Assembly (NCBI GenBank): GCA_964424705.1
Contig: CAYRKB010000003.1
Coordinates: 1,956 to 65,955 of the forward strand
Source: an uncultured Victivallales bacterium
GTDB taxonomy: Bacteria; Verrucomicrobiota; Kiritimatiellia; UBA8416; CAYRKB01
Direction of reading: 5' to 3'
Length of the DNA stretch: 64,000 nucleotides
Shown here: one piece after another, positions 60,336 through 64,000 of the stretch
Position numbering within the stretch: position 1 is the stretch's first letter
How the letters are laid out: every line of letters starts with the position of its first letter
Made by a program: the position numbers and the translations under genes
Notes under the pieces: model-generated
Told to the model about the DNA's origin: nothing
The model's input: only the letters and a program-made list of their open reading frames with translations
The model's database searches: none

Positions 60336-61329
60336 AGGTGCTGTAGTCAGGATAATTCTGGATCAAACCCTCCTGTTTCAGGGCCGTTCCAACCGCTTCG
60401 TAATCCTGCTCCTTGAGTAGGCCGGGCGAGCCTTGGGAAGGACCTGGCATGATCAGGTCCCGCATCCGGTCAAGCATCCATTTCTGGTGAATCCGGTTGG
60501 CGGGCACTTGTGCTTGGCGCATGCACTTGATGACAATCTCCAGCGCCTCGTTGGGATGATCAAAGGCATAGCACCACCCCTCCAGTGACGCGCTGACAAA
60601 GGCCTTCGCCAGCGCCGGGTCTTTCCGGAGAGTTTCGTCCAGAGCGTAGAGCCCGTCTTCCGGAAAATTCATTCCCTGTTCATGGAGGGCGACAATATTC
60701 AATTCTTCCCGATCAACTCCCGAGTTGAGGATGGTATGATACTCGTTATACCACATGGCGGAGGTCACATCGACGCCGCCCCTGAGGAAGAGGTTGACGG
60801 TGTGGGACTGGGGCACCTCAAAGACCGTGACCCCATTTTGGGCAAACAGTAAGTGGGGAAGGATTGACAGGTCTCCCCCCCACAGCCCCACCTTCTTGCC
60901 GTTCATGTCTTTTATTGTTTTGATGCCGCTCGATCTTCTGGAAATCAGCAGGATGGATGAGCGCTGAACCATTTGGGCCAGATGGACGAGCTTCATGCCG
61001 GCGGAACGGTGCTGCAGGGCCGTTGTCAGCCAGAGCACGGCAAAATCGGCCTGGCCGTCTTTCAAACCTTGTATTGGGGACTGACCGGGCCCCGCCTTGC
61101 GGATGGTCAGGTCGATGCCATGCCGGGCATATATTCCCTTGTCGAGAGCCACGTAATATCCGGCAAACTGCGATTGAGGACTCCAGAGAGGCATGAGGGA
61201 GGCTTTTTTCAGGGGGGCTTCGGCTCCAGTTACACGGGACACGGTAGAGCAGAGCAGAAGAATTACACAGCACGTCGTCAGCGCCCAGCATTCCCTGATA
61301 AGTATTGCTGTCTTCGTGAACGCGCTCAT
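60304..61329 (-). CDS. ABC-type periplasmic substrate-binding protein (NMT1/SsuA/THI5-like)
   Basis: Signal peptide, then LWSPQSQFAGYYVALDKGIYARHGIDLTIRKAG...DFAVLWLTTAL, typical of NitT/TauT-family SBPs. The 3' end overlaps the phosphatase gene by about 30 nt. Confidence 0.65.
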   Translation of the reverse strand: MSAFTKTAILIRECWALTTCCVILLLCSTVSRVTGAEAPLKKASLMPLWSPQSQFAGYYVALDKGIYARHGIDLTIRKAGPGQSPIQGLKDGQADFAVLWLTTALQHRSAGMKLVHLAQMVQRSSILLISRRSSGIKTIKDMNGKKVGLWGGDLSILPHLLFAQNGVTVFEVPQSHTVNLFLRGGVDVTSAMWYNEYHTILNSGVDREELNIVALHEQGMNFPEDGLYALDETLRKDPALAKAFVSASLEGWCYAFDHPNEALEIVIKCMRQAQVPANRIHQKWMLDRMRDLIMPGPSQGSPGLLKEQDYEAVGTALKQEGLIQNYPDYSTFAGRADAGTQ

Positions 61330-62142
61330 CTGGATCCAATTTGCCGTATTCGGCCGATTGCATCAAGCTTTCCTCTTGAGAAGTTGCGGCCGTTTTCCTG
61401 TTTTTATGCCGGCAGGCGCTCATTGAGCTCCACGACACAGCAGCCCAAAATTCTCGCCTAAGGCTCATTGCGGGAGCTGATAGGGTGCGAACGTGGCAAC
61501 GGCCGCGGCGAGTGTGGTCAAAACGAGGCACATTTGCTCGGTCTATAGCGGGTTCTCCGATGGCCAGGGCGGGGGCGGGGGTGATCATTGTCAGGCAGTT
61601 CTCGACTGTCGCTCGCATCCTATAGAGCCCCCCATCCCGAGGCGCTACGGCGAGGGTCTGCTCAGCGCTTTGACCGAGGTCGCGTTGGTCTTCAGAGGGA
61701 AGACCTTCCAGACGTTCAGCATGCGTTTGATCGCTTCAACGGGCACGCATAGCCGCAACCCATCACGCAGTTGTTGCGGTTCATCCGGCCGGCAAGGTGG
61801 ACCAGAAGCAATCGATACTTCTTAACGCGAACCGGGCGCTCCCGGGCCTGAGCCTTCTGGCTGACCCAGGGCGACGCCTTGGCAACGGTCTGGCTCGCAC
61901 AAGACTGGCCGCTGCAGTCAAGGAGCGACTATACGGGGAGCTGTCTCATTCGGCGGCACGCCGTATTTCTTCTTTCGCGCCCGCCCGGAGGGGCAGCCGC
62001 CGAACGTGACCGCCATCTCTACCTTCTGCAAAAGTATGGCAAGCCGGTTGCCTTTTCTGGCACTCGTACAGAGCGGGCAGCGCGATTCGCAAAAGTCAGC
62101 AGACTCGAGCTTCATGGATGGCCATCCTCCGCAAGGACATGC

Positions 62143-63093
62143 TCAGAACGCGTAGCCGAAAGACGCGCCGGCGGTGATTGAAGTGAGGGAGTAGTCTTCA
62201 TCTATTTCCGCTTCAAAGTCTTGATTCCCGCCATACCCCGTTTGAGTCTGGGTGCCCGAGGCCTCAATCAAGAGCACGGCAACCCTGGCTAGCACAAAGA
62301 AATCCTTGGGCAAGTCGTATCGGATCTCGCCGCTCCCCCGGACACCGATTCCGCTCATATCCCCGGTTGAACGTTTCTCCGTGAAAATATGATTGTCCTC
62401 GTCCTGCACAATCGCCATGCCGACCCCGAGGTCGAAACACGTGCTAAGCCGGTTGAATCTCATGCGGGCGGCGACGTCCATGTAGCCCATGAAAACATCG
62501 GACTCATAGGTCAGTGCACTCTCTTGTATGTGCCTTTCGGGATACTCCTGGTGGGAAGGCGACCACTGCGTTGTGTTGCTCACGGTCCAGTCCAAGTGCT
62601 GGTATGACACGCCCGGCCCGACGCCCATGGACCATGCCACGCGATTGCTCGCCGACGGTTGAAACCAATAGCGGACACCCGTGTTCGCCGCCCACGCCGA
62701 AAGAGTAGCGTCGGACTCAGAATAGATGTCCAGCGTGCTTTCGTCGCTTCCGTCAAAGATTCCGAAATCCGAGTCTTCGACCTTCGCCGAAGGATCGGTC
62801 AGGTTGGCCATGGCACAGCCATGCATTTCCAGCCGCCTGTTCCACGTTACACTGCCGCCCATTGACGCGTAGGCGACGCCGAGCGGGAACTTGAGCTCGC
62901 TGAGTTTGTCGTGGAGCCGCATGCTCTCACCCTCCGCCCGCACCATGCCCCCGATGGAATAGGTGGCGTCACCCGCCCAATACCCCTGCTCGACCTCTAG
63001 ATTGCCATCCCACTTCCCCGCAGACGCCAGCCCCGCCGTCAGAAGCCAGACTGCCCCGACCGCAGAAACAGCAACTTGCCGCGCTTTCTTCAT
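62143..63093 (-). CDS. Outer-membrane beta-barrel protein, hypothetical
   Basis: Signal peptide MKKARQVAVSAVGAVWLLTAGLASAG, alternating amphipathic beta-strand pattern, and a C-terminal ...ASFGYAF aromatic terminus. Confidence 0.6.
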   Translation of the reverse strand: MKKARQVAVSAVGAVWLLTAGLASAGKWDGNLEVEQGYWAGDATYSIGGMVRAEGESMRLHDKLSELKFPLGVAYASMGGSVTWNRRLEMHGCAMANLTDPSAKVEDSDFGIFDGSDESTLDIYSESDATLSAWAANTGVRYWFQPSASNRVAWSMGVGPGVSYQHLDWTVSNTTQWSPSHQEYPERHIQESALTYESDVFMGYMDVAARMRFNRLSTCFDLGVGMAIVQDEDNHIFTEKRSTGDMSGIGVRGSGEIRYDLPKDFFVLARVAVLLIEASGTQTQTGYGGNQDFEAEIDEDYSLTSITAGASFGYAF

Positions 63094-63284
63094 TGCGTCT
63101 TCTCCTTTATTGAACATCGCCCCTGGGCCACGAACCACGATGATTCGGAAAGCCTACTGTGACTCCGGCGGGATGTCCACATCTTCTCTTTATTGTGTTG
63201 TGCGCCTTATGGGCCACCGTTACATTTATGGGCGCGTTCGCACAGAGCGGAACGAGGGCGCGGCGTCCAAGGAACGGGAAGGCA

Positions 63285-64000
63285 ATGACCGGACGGCAAG
63301 AGGATATGATCGTGGGCGCGGTGCCGGAGTCCATTGCGGCCCAGGCGGCAGCGCTGGGCCTGACGGATTCGACCTGCCTTTTTTGTGCGCGCGGCGATCT
63401 CGGCGCGGACGGCGCTGCCCGTGAGGTCTGGCTGGTGGTGGGCAAGGCCTTCCTCGTCGCGCTGGCGCCGGATGCCACGGCCGGCAAGCCCGTGGCCGGC
63501 CCCTTCGAGTATACGGGCACTCAAAAGGTGCGCACGTTTCAATTGGTCGGCGGCGCGGTGCTGCAGGTGATGATTGACGGGTTCTTTGTCAGCGTGCTGC
63601 GGTACAGCAATGCGAGGCGTGAGACGTTCAGCCGTGCGCGGGTTCAGCTCGACCGGGTCCTCAAACACAAGGAGTTTCAGCCCGCGGCGCTCCGGAAGCC
63701 CAGCGAACGCGAGTGCGCGCGCTGCGGTACTCCGCTGTCCGAAACGGGCGGCAGCTGCCTGCGCTGCTCCCGGCGCCACGGGATTCTGCTCCGCTCGATC
63801 GGCCTGATGCGCCCGTACTGGAAGTCCATTGCGATCCTTCTCGCGCTGATGCTGACGGGGGTGGCCGTGGACCTCGTGCCGCCGCAGCTGCAGCGCATCC
63901 TGGTGGACCGCGTGATTGTGCCACGCGCGCACGTCGAGTGGATGATGTGGATCCTCCTCGGCATCGTGGTGATCTCCCTGTTCCGCGCCCTGCTGCAGAT
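63285..64000 (+). CDS. ABC exporter (MsbA-like TMD start) with ~165-aa N-terminal extension containing a CxxC...CxxC zinc-ribbon-like motif; partial, continues beyond window
   Basis: Open frame with no stop to the window end. ...CARCGTPLSETGGSCLRCSRRHG is followed by LMRPYWKSIAILLALMLTGVAVDLVPPQLQRILVDRVI, the typical first TM helix of ABC exporters. Alternative starts exist at 63228 and 63159. Absent from the ORF track because it is unterminated. Confidence 0.55.
   Translation, partial: MTGRQEDMIVGAVPESIAAQAAALGLTDSTCLFCARGDLGADGAAREVWLVVGKAFLVALAPDATAGKPVAGPFEYTGTQKVRTFQLVGGAVLQVMIDGFFVSVLRYSNARRETFSRARVQLDRVLKHKEFQPAALRKPSERECARCGTPLSETGGSCLRCSRRHGILLRSIGLMRPYWKSIAILLALMLTGVAVDLVPPQLQRILVDRVIVPRAHVEWMMWILLGIVVISLFRALLQ

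Noticed and set aside
63207-63932. 241-aa minus-strand ORF at the window end
   Set aside because: Antisense to the unterminated plus-strand ABC-exporter ORF, which has a recognisable TM1 sequence. Arg/His/Gln-rich.

Overview
This is a GC-rich, gene-dense bacterial chromosomal window. The content (many prepilin-domain proteins, a MORN lipoprotein, fused SBD-permease transporters) suggests a Verrucomicrobia/Planctomycetes-like organism, but that is an inference, not a measurement.

Recognisable content, in order:
- A minor-pilin/pseudopilin operon on the minus strand (305-4100), and a separate pilMNOPQ secretin cluster (6608-11610) followed by a sensor kinase.
- Housekeeping genes: panC, a complete rnfABCDGE operon (15097-20185), alkaline phosphatase, ilvC, tatA, aroD, rlmN and gnd.
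- A tRNA-Gln(CUG) at 43197-43270 followed by an accessory island, roughly 43.3-50.5 kb. It carries an HTH protein, two related secreted proteins with cystatin-like N-termini (one a canonical LVGG/QVVAG cystatin), and an AbiEi/AbiEii type IV toxin-antitoxin pair, bracketed by 138-bp direct repeats. A 54-bp abiEii 5' fragment is duplicated downstream of the island.
- A periplasmic ecotin gene (39766-40242).

The most unusual loci:
1. 32.1-36.4 kb: an FHA-domain MoxR AAA+ ATPase followed by a 925-aa protein that fuses an uncharacterised N-terminal domain, a TfuA-like domain and a YcaO domain. This is a candidate peptide-backbone (thioamide/azoline) modification system with no obvious substrate gene.
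2. 52.4-61.3 kb: a partner-switching module (RsbW-like kinase, STAS antagonist, Cache-HAMP-PP2C phosphatase) interleaved with an amino-acid ABC transporter whose ATPase carries a fused RsbW-like C-terminal domain.
3. Four copies of a ~192-bp miniature inverted-repeat element with 20-bp terminal inverted repeats, all in intergenic positions, three of them with 8-9-bp target-site duplications.

Many long antisense ORFs in the six-frame track are GC-bias artefacts and were rejected. Nothing here was searched against a database, so all homology calls rest on motifs visible in the translations.
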